NCBI GenBank assembly: GCA_050952625.1 | Contig: JBMNLH010000001.1 | Span: 1,344,001-1,408,000 of the forward strand | Reading direction: 5' to 3' | Origin: Bacillota bacterium | GTDB taxonomy: Bacteria > Bacillota > Ch66 > Ch109 | DNA length: 64,000 nucleotides | Shown: positions 31,568-41,797 of the stretch, in pieces | Layout of the letters: every line of letters begins with the position of its first letter | How positions within the stretch are numbered: position 1 is the first letter of the stretch | Position numbers and translations under genes: made by a program | The notes under the pieces: generated by a model | Told to the model about the DNA's origin: nothing | Databases searched by the model: none | What the model saw: only the letters and a program-made list of their open reading frames with translations

Positions 31568-32713
31568 CTACCGCCATTTTTCTTCTGGAACACCAGCAAT
31601 CGGATACCGGGGTGTCGGGTACTTCGCTTTCCACTCATTTACGTCATAATTCTTGTAGGTCTTGATTTCACCATACTTCGGCAGATCACCAAAGTGCAGG
31701 GCAGCCGAACGGAGAGTACGACGACCAACTTTCTCCATCATGTGACCCATCTTGAAGGCGATTTCCATATTGATGCCGTGCTCGACACCCATCCCGTTAA
31801 GCATAACCAGCAGGTCTTCCATTGTGACCAGACCAACAGCATCTGGGTTGGTGTAGTAGTATTCGCCTGTACCTTTAATTGGTGTGCGATCCATAAAGTT
31901 TGCTGGTTGTCCGCCAATACCGCCAAAAGTAGCTTCTATCCGAGTAATACCAGCTTGCATCGCAGCGTAGACGTTTGCCAAGCCATATCCCCGGGTGACG
32001 TGGAAGTGAGCAACGTGCAGATCCGGATTCGGGAATTTATCCATAATCCGAGCAAAATAGTCATATACAGCAATGGGATTGCCTTGACCGTCATGGTCCG
32101 CGTGCTCAATATCAGTCGCACCCATCCGCAGGAAGATGTCAGTTAGATCAACAGCCCACTCCAGGTCAGTGGCGGATTGAGTTACTGGGCAGCCCCAAAT
32201 GGTACTGACCGTTCCGCAGACTTCGAAACCTGCATCCCGCAGTTCACCGATAACGATTTCGCTATCTGCCAGGTAAGTCGGATGATCTTTACCAGCATTC
32301 TTTACCATGTGGGCGTGGCTGGTGGAAGCCATGCAGAGGACGCGGTCCGGTACAGCTTTGCCAGCTTTTTTGGCTTCGATAATTGGATAATTACGACGCC
32401 GGTCAATTGCTACTCCGGTGAAAACTACCTCATCCTCGCTTTTAATCCAGCCTTTTTCTACCGCTTTCTGACGTAGTTTGCAAGCTCCCTCGGTCACTTC
32501 CCAAGCATCTTTAAATTGCGGAATTGCTCTCGGATTACCAAAGTTAGTCAATTCGATTTCTTTGAAACCAGCTTTGATAGATTGTTCAACAAACCACAAT
32601 TTGGTGTCAGTCGGAATCCAATACTCTTCGTGTTGGAATCCGTCACGGACAGTAATATCACCTAACTTAACTCTTTTCGGTATATTGCCTAGAGTAAATT
32701 TAGGGGTATACAT
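31568..32713 (-). CDS. HMG-CoA-lyase-like DRE-TIM protein (GGQP variant), copy 1
   Basis: DITVRDGFQ, IWGCP, HADH and HFHVTRG motifs; GGIGGQP in place of GGLGGCP. Confidence 0.85.
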   Translation of the reverse strand: MYTPKFTLGNIPKRVKLGDITVRDGFQHEEYWIPTDTKLWFVEQSIKAGFKEIELTNFGNPRAIPQFKDAWEVTEGACKLRQKAVEKGWIKSEDEVVFTGVAIDRRRNYPIIEAKKAGKAVPDRVLCMASTSHAHMVKNAGKDHPTYLADSEIVIGELRDAGFEVCGTVSTIWGCPVTQSATDLEWAVDLTDIFLRMGATDIEHADHDGQGNPIAVYDYFARIMDKFPNPDLHVAHFHVTRGYGLANVYAAMQAGITRIEATFGGIGGQPANFMDRTPIKGTGEYYYTNPDAVGLVTMEDLLVMLNGMGVEHGINMEIAFKMGHMMEKVGRRTLRSAALHFGDLPKYGEIKTYKNYDVNEWKAKYPTPRYPIAGVPEEKWR

Positions 32714-32733
32714 CAATACTTACCTCCTTCTCT

Positions 32734-33522
32734 TTATCGACCTTTATAAACCGGTTTTCGTTTTTCATTGAAAGCCGCCAGACCCTCATCCCTATCTTCG
32801 CTGTACAAGGCAGCGTTATAGGCTTCAGCTTCAAGGACCAGACCGGTGTAGAGATCCAAATCAACCCCGAAGTTAATAGACTTCTTCGCTTGATAAACAG
32901 CGATCGGTGAATTCTTGGTGATTGAGGCGACTTCTTCAATCGCCGCATTCATCAGTTCGGCTTGAGGAACGACCCGAGCCACAAAGCCCCACTCTTTTGC
33001 TTCCGCTGCGGTTAACCTTCTGGCAGTGAGGATCAACTGTTTCGCTTTTTGCTTGCCAATTACCCGGGACATATTCTGGGTGCCACCACCAGCCGGAATA
33101 ACGCCGATACTGGTTTCACTCAACGAGACAATCGCGTTCTCAGCCGCGACAATCCAGTCACAAGCCAAAGCAATCTCTAAGCCGCCACCAAAGGCGACAC
33201 CATTAACTGCCGCGATAAGTGGTTTCGGAAATACGGAAACAGCCGTAAACATCTTCACAAACAGTTTCCGTTGCGCAATCATCTGCGGCTTGGTCATATT
33301 TTTCCGTTCTTTCAGGTCTGCCCCGGAACAGAAAGCCTTTTCTCCGGTCCCGGTGATAATTGCTGCCCAAATATCATCTTCTTCCTCAATATAACTCAGA
33401 GCTGCCAAAAGATCGCGGGCTAATTGAGTGCTAATCGCGTTAAAATTCGCGGGTCGATTGAGGGTAATTACCGCAAAATGCCGCTCAGCATCTTTTTCTA
33501 GCGTTAAGGTATCCCATTCCAT
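32734..33522 (-). CDS. Enoyl-CoA hydratase (methylglutaconyl-CoA hydratase-like), copy 1
   Basis: AFCSGADLKER, GGGLE and PAGGGTQ motifs; operon context. Confidence 0.88.
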   Translation of the reverse strand: MEWDTLTLEKDAERHFAVITLNRPANFNAISTQLARDLLAALSYIEEEDDIWAAIITGTGEKAFCSGADLKERKNMTKPQMIAQRKLFVKMFTAVSVFPKPLIAAVNGVAFGGGLEIALACDWIVAAENAIVSLSETSIGVIPAGGGTQNMSRVIGKQKAKQLILTARRLTAAEAKEWGFVARVVPQAELMNAAIEEVASITKNSPIAVYQAKKSINFGVDLDLYTGLVLEAEAYNAALYSEDRDEGLAAFNEKRKPVYKGR

Positions 33523-33649
33523 TTTTAGGTCACTCCGTTCTGCTCTATTATCAATTACATTGTTTCTAGTTAATTAAATTTTCAATTCAGATAAATATAG
33601 CCTGGCAGAGCCAACCTCAGCTTGCATCCCTCCACCAGGCTGATTGAAG

Positions 33650-34306
33650 CTAATACTCCATGGTTTTTGGCCCACCCGGCGGAATAATCAAGTTGGCCTC
33701 AGTTTTAGATATAACATCTTCTATGGTAGTGTCTGGCGCGATTTCTTCAAGAACCAAACCCTCAGGAGTTACTCGGATCATCGCCAATTCGGTCAGGATT
33801 ATATCTACGCACTCTTTACCAGTTAGCGGCAGGGTACAAGCCTTACGAATCTTAGGTTTGCCAGACTTATCAACGTGTTCCGATACTGCGACCACGAGCT
33901 TGGCACCGGTAACTAGATCCATTGCTCCACCCATGCCGGGTACGAGTTTACCCGGTACCATATAATTAGCGAGGTTACCCTTTTCATCGACTTCCAAAAC
34001 CCCTAAAACAGTGGCATCTACATGACCACCGCGAATTAAAGCAAAGGAAGTAGCACTATCAAAATACGCTCCTCCTGGCATTATTGTCAGGGGGTTTGCG
34101 CCAGCATTAGTCAGGTAAGGATCTTCGTACCCTGGTGCCGGTGCTGATCCAAAATTAACCGCACCATTCTCTGTTTGGAAGGTTAGATTAATGCCTTCCG
34201 GAATATAATTGGCTAAGAGGGTAGGCATCCCTATACCCAAGTTGACTAGATCGCCGTTTTTAAAAAGCTTAGCTCCACGTCGAGCAATCTTTTCTCTAAG
34301 TTCCAT
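33650..34306 (-). CDS. 3-oxoacid (acetoacetate) CoA-transferase beta subunit, copy 1
   Basis: VNLGIGMPT, TENG (catalytic Glu) and GMGGAMDL motifs. Confidence 0.92.
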   Translation of the reverse strand: MELREKIARRGAKLFKNGDLVNLGIGMPTLLANYIPEGINLTFQTENGAVNFGSAPAPGYEDPYLTNAGANPLTIMPGGAYFDSATSFALIRGGHVDATVLGVLEVDEKGNLANYMVPGKLVPGMGGAMDLVTGAKLVVAVSEHVDKSGKPKIRKACTLPLTGKECVDIILTELAMIRVTPEGLVLEEIAPDTTIEDVISKTEANLIIPPGGPKTMEY

Positions 34307-34953
34307 TACCTACCCCTCCTTACAATGTAATCTACGAGGACGCCAACAGTATGCACATCGTCCGGATCTAAAAAGTCGACCAATTCATCAACTTCAGCCA
34401 CGACCGTTTCACCGGCAAAGGCCATTAGTGGGTTAAAGTTCATACCGGTTGCATGATAGCGCAAATTGCCGTATTTGTCGCCCTTAGCTGCTTTTAAATA
34501 AGCCACTTTTGCCTTCAGAGGGGTTTCAAACAGCATTTCCCGGCCCTCAAGCACCCGTACTTCTTTGCCCTCTTCAACTGGAGTACCTACGCCAGTAGGT
34601 GTATAGAAGCCGCCCAAGCCTATTCCGCCGCAGCGAATCCGCTCAGCCAAAGTTCCCTGAGGGTTAAGTTCTACTTCTAGTTCACCAGCGGTCATCTGTC
34701 GGCCGGTTTCTTTGTTAGTTCCAATATGGGAAACGATGATCTTCTTGAACTGTTTATTTACGATCATCTTACCGTGCATCTTGTCCGGAAAAGCGGTATC
34801 GTTACTAATCAGGGTAAGATCCTTAACATTGCGTTGAATTAGAGCATCAATAATGGTTCCAGGGGAACCAATTCCCAAGAAACCGCCTATCATAATCGTA
34901 TCACCGTCGCCAATTAAGGAAGCTGCTTCATCAGCAGTTATTACTTTTGCCAT
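34306..34953 (-). CDS. 3-oxoacid (acetoacetate) CoA-transferase alpha subunit, copy 1
   Basis: DGDTIMIGGF, SND, PQGTLAERIR and TPTGVGT motifs; start ATG 34953. Confidence 0.92.
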   Translation of the reverse strand: MAKVITADEAASLIGDGDTIMIGGFLGIGSPGTIIDALIQRNVKDLTLISNDTAFPDKMHGKMIVNKQFKKIIVSHIGTNKETGRQMTAGELEVELNPQGTLAERIRCGGIGLGGFYTPTGVGTPVEEGKEVRVLEGREMLFETPLKAKVAYLKAAKGDKYGNLRYHATGMNFNPLMAFAGETVVAEVDELVDFLDPDDVHTVGVLVDYIVRRGR

Positions 34954-35068
34954 TATAAGCACCCCACATATACCATTATTATTAGTAACCCTTATATTAG
35001 TAACCCGGGAATATAGCAATCATAACCAATTGCTAGATGATTCCCGGGTTGAAATTAGTAAATATCCA

Positions 35069-36256
35069 CTAAACCCACTTGGTACCGCTTAGCAATTCAC
35101 GGGCAATGATCATTCTTCTTACTTCGGATGTACCGGCACCAATATCCCAAAGTTTAGTATCCCGATAGTGCCTTTGAATCGGGTACTCTAGGCAGTAGCC
35201 GTAGCCGCCATGGATCTGTAATCCATGGTTACAAACTATTACACTCATTTCACCTGCATACAGTAGAGATGCGGCAGCCTTCATATCCAAAACAGTTCCT
35301 TTTCCACCTCGTTTATCGGTGAGAGAGTCAACATAAGCCGCTGCTGAGTACATTAATAATCGAGCGGTCTCATAGCCTACATACATATTGGCTAATCTTT
35401 CTTGAATCATCTGGTTGGCCGCGATTGGTTTACCAAACTGAACCCGTTCCTGTGAATATTTGAGACTTAATTCAAGAGCAGCCCGCATAGAACCAATAGC
35501 ACAACCGGAAAGAGTAATCCGCTCAGTGGTTAGCCCGCCGGTAAGAATTGCAACCCCTTTATTTATTTCACCGACTAGATTCTCCTTGGGAATTCTGACC
35601 TCATCAAAGCTTAGCAGGCCAGTCGGGGATGTCCGCATGCCAAACTTGCGAATTTTTTCGCAGGTATATCCTTTCGGCCAAGGATCGATATCCATAATAA
35701 AAGCACTGATTCCTTTAGGGCCAAGTTCTGGAGCAGTTTTGGCGTAGAACAAGAGAGTTTGGCCGCCTGGTGCATTAGTGATAAATATTTTACTACCGTT
35801 TATTACCCAACTGTCTCCATCTAGTTTAGCGGTAGTTCGCATTGACATGGCGTCAGATCCGGCGTTAGGCTCAGTAATCCCCAAACACCCCATTGCTCTT
35901 CCATCCATCATCGGTGGCAGATACTTCATCTTCAATTCTTCATTTGCGTTTCGCTTAATATTATCGCAGCATAGAATTAAATGAGCACCCCAGGTCATAG
36001 ATAGAGCATTTGAGACTCGGGCTAGGTTTTCGGTGCAAATACAAGCCTCTATATATCCTAAGCCGGCTCCGCCATACTGTTCAGGAACAGTAATACCAAT
36101 CATCCCTAGGTTACCTAATTGTTTGAAGAAATCCGGCGGAAATTTATCTTCCTCGTCCAATTGCTCCATCTGTGGCTCAAGCCAGGTACTTGCCCATTTG
36201 TAAATGGTATCAGCTAGCATTTTTTGTTCATCGGTGAAGGTAAAATCAATAGCCAT
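35069..36256 (-). CDS. Isovaleryl-CoA dehydrogenase-like, copy 1
   Basis: ACAD fold with IVD signature: helix-G Glu (GLTTER) and C-terminal IGAGTSE. Confidence 0.85.
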   Translation of the reverse strand: MAIDFTFTDEQKMLADTIYKWASTWLEPQMEQLDEEDKFPPDFFKQLGNLGMIGITVPEQYGGAGLGYIEACICTENLARVSNALSMTWGAHLILCCDNIKRNANEELKMKYLPPMMDGRAMGCLGITEPNAGSDAMSMRTTAKLDGDSWVINGSKIFITNAPGGQTLLFYAKTAPELGPKGISAFIMDIDPWPKGYTCEKIRKFGMRTSPTGLLSFDEVRIPKENLVGEINKGVAILTGGLTTERITLSGCAIGSMRAALELSLKYSQERVQFGKPIAANQMIQERLANMYVGYETARLLMYSAAAYVDSLTDKRGGKGTVLDMKAAASLLYAGEMSVIVCNHGLQIHGGYGYCLEYPIQRHYRDTKLWDIGAGTSEVRRMIIARELLSGTKWV

Positions 36257-36645
36257 TTCAGTCATCCTTTCGCAGTATTATTTGTTTCTTTCAATAAATA
36301 AAGGCAACGGATAACAAGCACTATCTTAGTATCACTCGGAAATGCGCGGAACATTCATCCTAGTCAATTTGAATATCAAAAAATAAGATAATTCTTATAC
36401 GATCATCAAATTATGTAAGCTGTGAGAAACAAAAAAAGGCATCTCTGCCTTATACAACTAATATGTTTATGTTATTTTTAACTTTTATTTAATTAGGTAC
36501 TCTTATAAGTTGGGTAAAAACAATTCTAGTTTCATAAATAATTGGCTTTCGCTTGTTTTGCTCAAACGCTAACTAGGGCTGCATCTTCGTAGTTTGAAAC
36601 TGATTTCTAAGGACTAGACTTAATTGAAGGATTGAAGGGCATAGA

Positions 36646-36676
36646 TTAAGGGCTTGCAAGAATTACAAGCCCTTAA
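36646..36676 (-). terminator. Terminator separating the two cassette copies
   Basis: TTAAGGGCTTG-CAAGAATTA-CAAGCCCTTAA stem. Confidence 0.65.
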
Positions 36677-36691
36677 CAAAACCCCCTAAAA

Positions 36692-37837
36692 CTATTTCCA
36701 GTTTTCTTCCGGCACACCAGCGATCGGGTACCGAGGAGTCGGATACTTGGCTTTCCATTCGTTTACGTCAAAGTTCTTATAAGTTTTAATTTCGCCATAA
36801 TTCGGCAGATCGCCAAAGTGGAGCGAAGCGGAACGGAGAGTACGTTGAGCGATCTTTTCCATCATGCGACCCATCTTGAAGGCGATTTCCATATCAATAC
36901 CGTGCTCGACGCCCATTCCATTAAGCATAACCAGCAGGTCTTCCATAGTCACCAATCCAACAGCATCGGGGTTGGAGTAATAATACTCACCAGTCCCTTT
37001 AACTGGGGTTCGGTCAATGAAGTTGGTCGGTTGTCCACCGATACCGCCAAAAGTGGCTTCTATCCTGGTAATCCCCGCTTGCATCGCTGCTAAAACGTTT
37101 GCCAAGCCATATCCCCGGGTGACGTGGAAGTGAGCAACGTGCAGATCCGGATTCGGGAATTTATCCATAATCCGAGCATAATAATCATATACGGCAACGG
37201 GATTGCCTTGACCGTCATGGTCCGCGTGCTCAATATCAGTCGCACCCATCCGCAGGAAGATTTCCGTCAAATCAACAGCCCACTCCAGGTCAGTGGCAGA
37301 TTGAGTTACCGGGCAGCCCCAAATAGTACTGACCGTTCCGCAGACTTGAAAACCTGCATCCCGCAGTTCGCCGATAACAATTTCGCTGTCTGCCAGGTAG
37401 GTCGGATGATCTTTACCAGCATTCTTAACCATGTGGGCGTGGCTGGTGGAAGCCATGCAGAGGACGCGGTCTGGAACAGCCTTGCCGGCTTTTTTGGCTT
37501 CGATAATTGGATAATTACGACGCCGGTCAATTGCTACTCCGGTGAAAACTACTTCGTCCTCGCTTTTAATCCAGCCTTTTTCAACAGCCCGTTTACGTAG
37601 TTTGCAAGCTCCCTCGGTCACTTCCCAAGCATCTGTAAATTGCGGGATTGCTCTCGGGTTGCCAAAATTAGTCAATTCGATTTCTTTAAAGCCGGCTTTT
37701 ATAGCTTGTTCAACAAACCATAGTTTAGCTTCCGTAGAAACAAAATACTCTTCGTGTTGGAATCCGTCACGGATAGTAATGTCACCTAACTTAACTTTTT
37801 TCGGTATATTGCCTAGAGTAAATTTAGGGGTATACAT
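36692..37837 (-). CDS. HMG-CoA-lyase-like DRE-TIM protein (GGQP variant), copy 2
   Basis: Near-identical to 31568-32713. Confidence 0.85.
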   Translation of the reverse strand: MYTPKFTLGNIPKKVKLGDITIRDGFQHEEYFVSTEAKLWFVEQAIKAGFKEIELTNFGNPRAIPQFTDAWEVTEGACKLRKRAVEKGWIKSEDEVVFTGVAIDRRRNYPIIEAKKAGKAVPDRVLCMASTSHAHMVKNAGKDHPTYLADSEIVIGELRDAGFQVCGTVSTIWGCPVTQSATDLEWAVDLTEIFLRMGATDIEHADHDGQGNPVAVYDYYARIMDKFPNPDLHVAHFHVTRGYGLANVLAAMQAGITRIEATFGGIGGQPTNFIDRTPVKGTGEYYYSNPDAVGLVTMEDLLVMLNGMGVEHGIDMEIAFKMGRMMEKIAQRTLRSASLHFGDLPNYGEIKTYKNFDVNEWKAKYPTPRYPIAGVPEENWK

Positions 37838-37954
37838 CTAAGCTGTTCCTCCTTCTAAAAATAAATGTTTTCTGGTTTCAAATCGTGGCGGCACTTGTCG
37901 ATTAACCAATAATTGCGATGACGCTAGCTGTCGCCGCTAGCTGCACCCCCCCTT

Positions 37955-38743
37955 TTAGCGTCCTTTATAGACTGGCTTCCGCTTTTCATTGAAAGCCGCC
38001 AGACCCTCATCCCTATCTTCGCTGTACAAGGCAGCGTTATAGGCTTCAGCTTCAAGGACCAGACCGGTGTAGAGATCCAAATCAACCCCGAAGTTAATAG
38101 ACTTCTTCGCTTGATAAACAGCGATCGGTGAATTCTTGGTGATTGAGGCGACTTCTTCGATCGCCGCGTTCATCAGTTCGGCTTGAGGAACGACCCGAGC
38201 CACAAAGCCCCACTCTTTCGCTTCCGCTGCGGTTAACCTTCTGGCAGTGAGGATCAACTGTTTCGCTTTTTGCTTGCCAATTACCCGGGACATGTTCTGG
38301 GTGCCACCACCAGCCGGAATAACGCCGATACTGGTCTCACTCAGCGAGACAATCGCGTTCTCAGCTGCGACAATCCAGTCACAAGCCAAGGCAATCTCTA
38401 AGCCGCCACCAAAGGCGACACCATTAACTGCCGCGATAAGTGGTTTCGGAAATACGGAAACAGCTGTAAACATCTTCACAAACAGTTTCCGTTGCGCAAT
38501 CATCTGCGGCTTGGTCATATTTTTCCGTTCTTTCAGGTCTGCCCCGGAACAGAAAGCCTTTTCTCCGGTCCCGGTAATAATTGCTGCCCAAATATCATCT
38601 TCTTCCTCAATATAACTCAGAGCTGCCAAAAGATCGCGAGCTAATTGAGTGCTAATCGCGTTAAAATTCGCGGGTCGATTGAGGGTAATTACCGCAAAAT
38701 GCCGCTCGGCATCTTTTTCTAGCGTTAAGGTATCCCATTCCAT
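37955..38743 (-). CDS. Enoyl-CoA hydratase (methylglutaconyl-CoA hydratase-like), copy 2
   Basis: Protein identical to 32734-33522. Confidence 0.88.
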   Translation of the reverse strand: MEWDTLTLEKDAERHFAVITLNRPANFNAISTQLARDLLAALSYIEEEDDIWAAIITGTGEKAFCSGADLKERKNMTKPQMIAQRKLFVKMFTAVSVFPKPLIAAVNGVAFGGGLEIALACDWIVAAENAIVSLSETSIGVIPAGGGTQNMSRVIGKQKAKQLILTARRLTAAEAKEWGFVARVVPQAELMNAAIEEVASITKNSPIAVYQAKKSINFGVDLDLYTGLVLEAEAYNAALYSEDRDEGLAAFNEKRKPVYKGR

Positions 38744-39078
38744 TCTAAAGTCCCTCCATTCCGCGTATTAATAAATACATATCCCTTAGAATTATATCAA
38801 CTTTTAAGTCTAACTAAGATCTAATCCAAATGTTCACATTCTCAAACAATTAAGGATAAAATAATCATAAAATTTAAATTATTTAGAGACTATACAAAAG
38901 GTACGTTTTTAACTTGCCTGATGCAGATGTTTTGAAACATTACCGGCAAATTGTTCCGTACCAATTATTTCTTAAATAATGTTCACGTTAGACTTAGATT
39001 GAGCATTTGCCTGGCAGAGGCATGTCCTTCTTATTGTTGACTTTTTCTCCGCCAGGCCAAAAATCTTCCTTAATGCTC

Positions 39079-39759
39079 TTAACTTACAATTACAATGACT
39101 AGAAGTACTCGATAGTCTTCGGGGCCACCCTCCGGAATAATCAAAGTAGCTTCGGTTTTAGATACAACCTCTTCTATGGTAGTGTCCGGAGCAATTTCTT
39201 CAAGAACTAACCCCTCTGGAGTTACCCTGATAAGGGCTAATTCAGAAAGAATAATGTCAACTACTTGTTTTCCAGTCAACGGCAAGCTACATTGCTTGCG
39301 AATCTTGGGCTTGCCGGATTTGTCACAATGCTCGGTAACCGCTACGACTAACTTCGCCCCAGTTACCAGGTCCATTGCCCCTCCCATACCGGGGACAAGC
39401 TTGCCGGGAACCATATAGTTAGCCAAATTACCTTGTTCATCTACTTCTAAAACCCCTAAAACAGTGGCATCCACATGACCACCGCGAATCAGAGCAAAAG
39501 AGGTAGCACTGTCAAAATAAGCTCCTCCTGGCATTATTGTCAGGGGGTTTGCGCCAGCATTAGTCAAGTAAGGATCCTCGTACCCTGGTGCCGGTGCCGG
39601 TCCAAAGTTAACCGCACCATTCTCTGTTTGGAAGGTTAGATTAACACCTTCGGGAATATAATTTGACAAGAGGGTAGGCATACCTATACCCAAGTTGACT
39701 AGATCGCCGTCTTTAAAAAGCTTAGCTCCACGTCGAGCAATCTTTTCTCTAAGTTCCAT
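39079..39759 (-). CDS. 3-oxoacid CoA-transferase beta subunit, copy 2 (apparent +1 frameshift near C-terminus)
   Basis: Paralog of 33650-34306; an extra base in the G4 run at 39121-39124 changes the tail. Confidence 0.9.
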   Translation of the reverse strand: MELREKIARRGAKLFKDGDLVNLGIGMPTLLSNYIPEGVNLTFQTENGAVNFGPAPAPGYEDPYLTNAGANPLTIMPGGAYFDSATSFALIRGGHVDATVLGVLEVDEQGNLANYMVPGKLVPGMGGAMDLVTGAKLVVAVTEHCDKSGKPKIRKQCSLPLTGKQVVDIILSELALIRVTPEGLVLEEIAPDTTIEEVVSKTEATLIIPEGGPEDYRVLLVIVIVS

Positions 39760-40406
39760 TACCTACCCCTCCTTACGATGTAATCTACGAGGACGCCAAC
39801 AGTATGCACATCGTCCGGATCTAAAAAGTCGACCAATTCATCAACTTCAGCCACGACCGTTTCTCCGGCAAAGGCCATAATTGGATTAAAGTTTTGACCA
39901 GTAGCATGGTAGCGCAAATTACCGAACTTGTCGCCCTTAGCTGCTTTCAAATAAGCAACTTTTGCCTTCAGAGGGGTTTCAAACAGCATTTCCCGGCCAT
40001 CAATTACTCGTACTTCTTTGCCTTCTTCAACTGGAGTTCCCACGCCAGTAGGTGTATAGAAGCCACCCAAACCTATTCCGCCGCAGCGAATCCGCTCAGC
40101 CAGAGTTCCCTGCGGGTTAAGTTCTACTTCTAGTTCGCCGGCGGTCATCTGCCGGCCGGTTTCTTTGTTAGTTCCGATATGGGAAACGATGATCTTCTTG
40201 AACTGTTTATTAACGATCATTTTACCGTGCATCTTGTCCGGAAAAGCGGTATCGTTGCTAATCAAGGTAAGATCCTTAACATTGCGTTGAATTAGAGCAT
40301 CAATAATGGTTCCAGGGGAACCAATTCCCAGGAAGCCGCCCACCATAATTGTATCGCCGTCATTGATTAAGGCCGCAGCTTCATCTGCTGTAATAACTTT
40401 AGCCAT
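39759..40406 (-). CDS. 3-oxoacid CoA-transferase alpha subunit, copy 2
   Basis: Near-identical to 34306-34953. Confidence 0.92.
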   Translation of the reverse strand: MAKVITADEAAALINDGDTIMVGGFLGIGSPGTIIDALIQRNVKDLTLISNDTAFPDKMHGKMIVNKQFKKIIVSHIGTNKETGRQMTAGELEVELNPQGTLAERIRCGGIGLGGFYTPTGVGTPVEEGKEVRVIDGREMLFETPLKAKVAYLKAAKGDKFGNLRYHATGQNFNPIMAFAGETVVAEVDELVDFLDPDDVHTVGVLVDYIVRRGR

Positions 40407-40609
40407 AATATGCACCCCGTGTATCTTTATTTTTGAACCTCTTCAACTTACGGCATTGGTAATAATTGATCCAGGCTGCCCGGCAACTACCAATTAGTTA
40501 CCGGGTCACCCTGGAAAACGTCTGTCGAACACCAAACAAATATAATTTTCATATCGTCCGGTATAACGACATTTCTAGGCAATTGCCATTCTATGGAAAC
40601 TTCTATGCC

Positions 40610-41797
40610 TTAAACCCACTTGGTGCCGCTCAGCAATTCGCGAGCAATGATCATTCTTCTTACTTCGGAAGTGCCAGCCCCAATATCCCAAAGCTTGACG
40701 TCCCGATAATGCCTTTGAATCGGGTACTCTAGGCAGTAGCCGTAACCACCGTGGATTTGAACGCCGTCCATGCAGATCTTGGTGCTGACTTCGCCAGCAT
40801 ACAGTAAGGAAGCAGCAGCTTTCATATCTAGGAAGGTTCCTTTGCCGCCCCGCTTGTCAGTTAAGCCATCAACATAAGCAGCTGCGGAGTACATTAGTAA
40901 CCGGCCAGTTTCGTATCCAACGTACATGTTAGCCAGTTTTTCTTGAATCATTTGATTTGCAGCGATCGGTTTGCCAAACTGAGTCCGCTCTTGAGCATAC
41001 TTGAGGCTGAGTTCCAAGGAAGCGCGAGCAGAGCCAAGAGCACAGCCGGAAAGTGTAATCCGCTCAGTGGTCAGACCACCGGTCAGGATTGCAACACCCT
41101 TATTCACTTCGCCAACGAGGTTCTCTTTTGGAAGTCTTACATCGTCAAAGCTGAGCAGACCGGTTGGGGATGTCCGCATCCCAAACTTCCGAATCTTTTC
41201 GCAGGTGTAGCCCTTTGGTAGTGGATCAATGTCAAGGATGAAAGCACTAATGCCTTTGGGGCCAAGTTCCGGAGCAGTCTTAGCGTAGAATAACAGGGTT
41301 TGTCCGCCAGGAGCGTTGGTGATGAAGATCTTGCTGCCGTTGATAACCCAGCTGTCCCCATCTAGTTTAGCAGTGGTTTTCATGGACATAGCGTCAGAAC
41401 CAGCGTTGGGCTCGGTGATCCCCAGAGCACCCATCGCAGTACCATCGCACAGCGGCGGGAGGTATTTTTGCTTAAGTTCTTCGTTAGCATTCCGCTTAAT
41501 ATTGTCAGCGCAAAGGATCAGGTGGGCACCCCATGTCATGGATAGAGCATTGGAGATCCGAGCTAAGTTCTCGGTGCAGATGCAGGCCTCAGTGTAGCCC
41601 AGACCGGCTCCGCCGTACTGTTCAGGAATAGTGATGCCGACCATGCCCAAGTTGCCTAGTTGTTTAAAGAAATCTTTTGGAAACTCGTCCTTCTCATCCA
41701 GTTCTTCCATTTGAGGATCAAGCCAAGTGCTTGCCCATTTATATATAGTATCCGCTAACATTTTCTGTTCATCGGTGAAGGTGAAATCGATAGCCAT
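40610..41797 (-). CDS. Isovaleryl-CoA dehydrogenase-like, copy 2
   Basis: Paralog of 35069-36256 with the same IVD signature. Confidence 0.85.
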   Translation of the reverse strand: MAIDFTFTDEQKMLADTIYKWASTWLDPQMEELDEKDEFPKDFFKQLGNLGMVGITIPEQYGGAGLGYTEACICTENLARISNALSMTWGAHLILCADNIKRNANEELKQKYLPPLCDGTAMGALGITEPNAGSDAMSMKTTAKLDGDSWVINGSKIFITNAPGGQTLLFYAKTAPELGPKGISAFILDIDPLPKGYTCEKIRKFGMRTSPTGLLSFDDVRLPKENLVGEVNKGVAILTGGLTTERITLSGCALGSARASLELSLKYAQERTQFGKPIAANQMIQEKLANMYVGYETGRLLMYSAAAYVDGLTDKRGGKGTFLDMKAAASLLYAGEVSTKICMDGVQIHGGYGYCLEYPIQRHYRDVKLWDIGAGTSEVRRMIIARELLSGTKWV

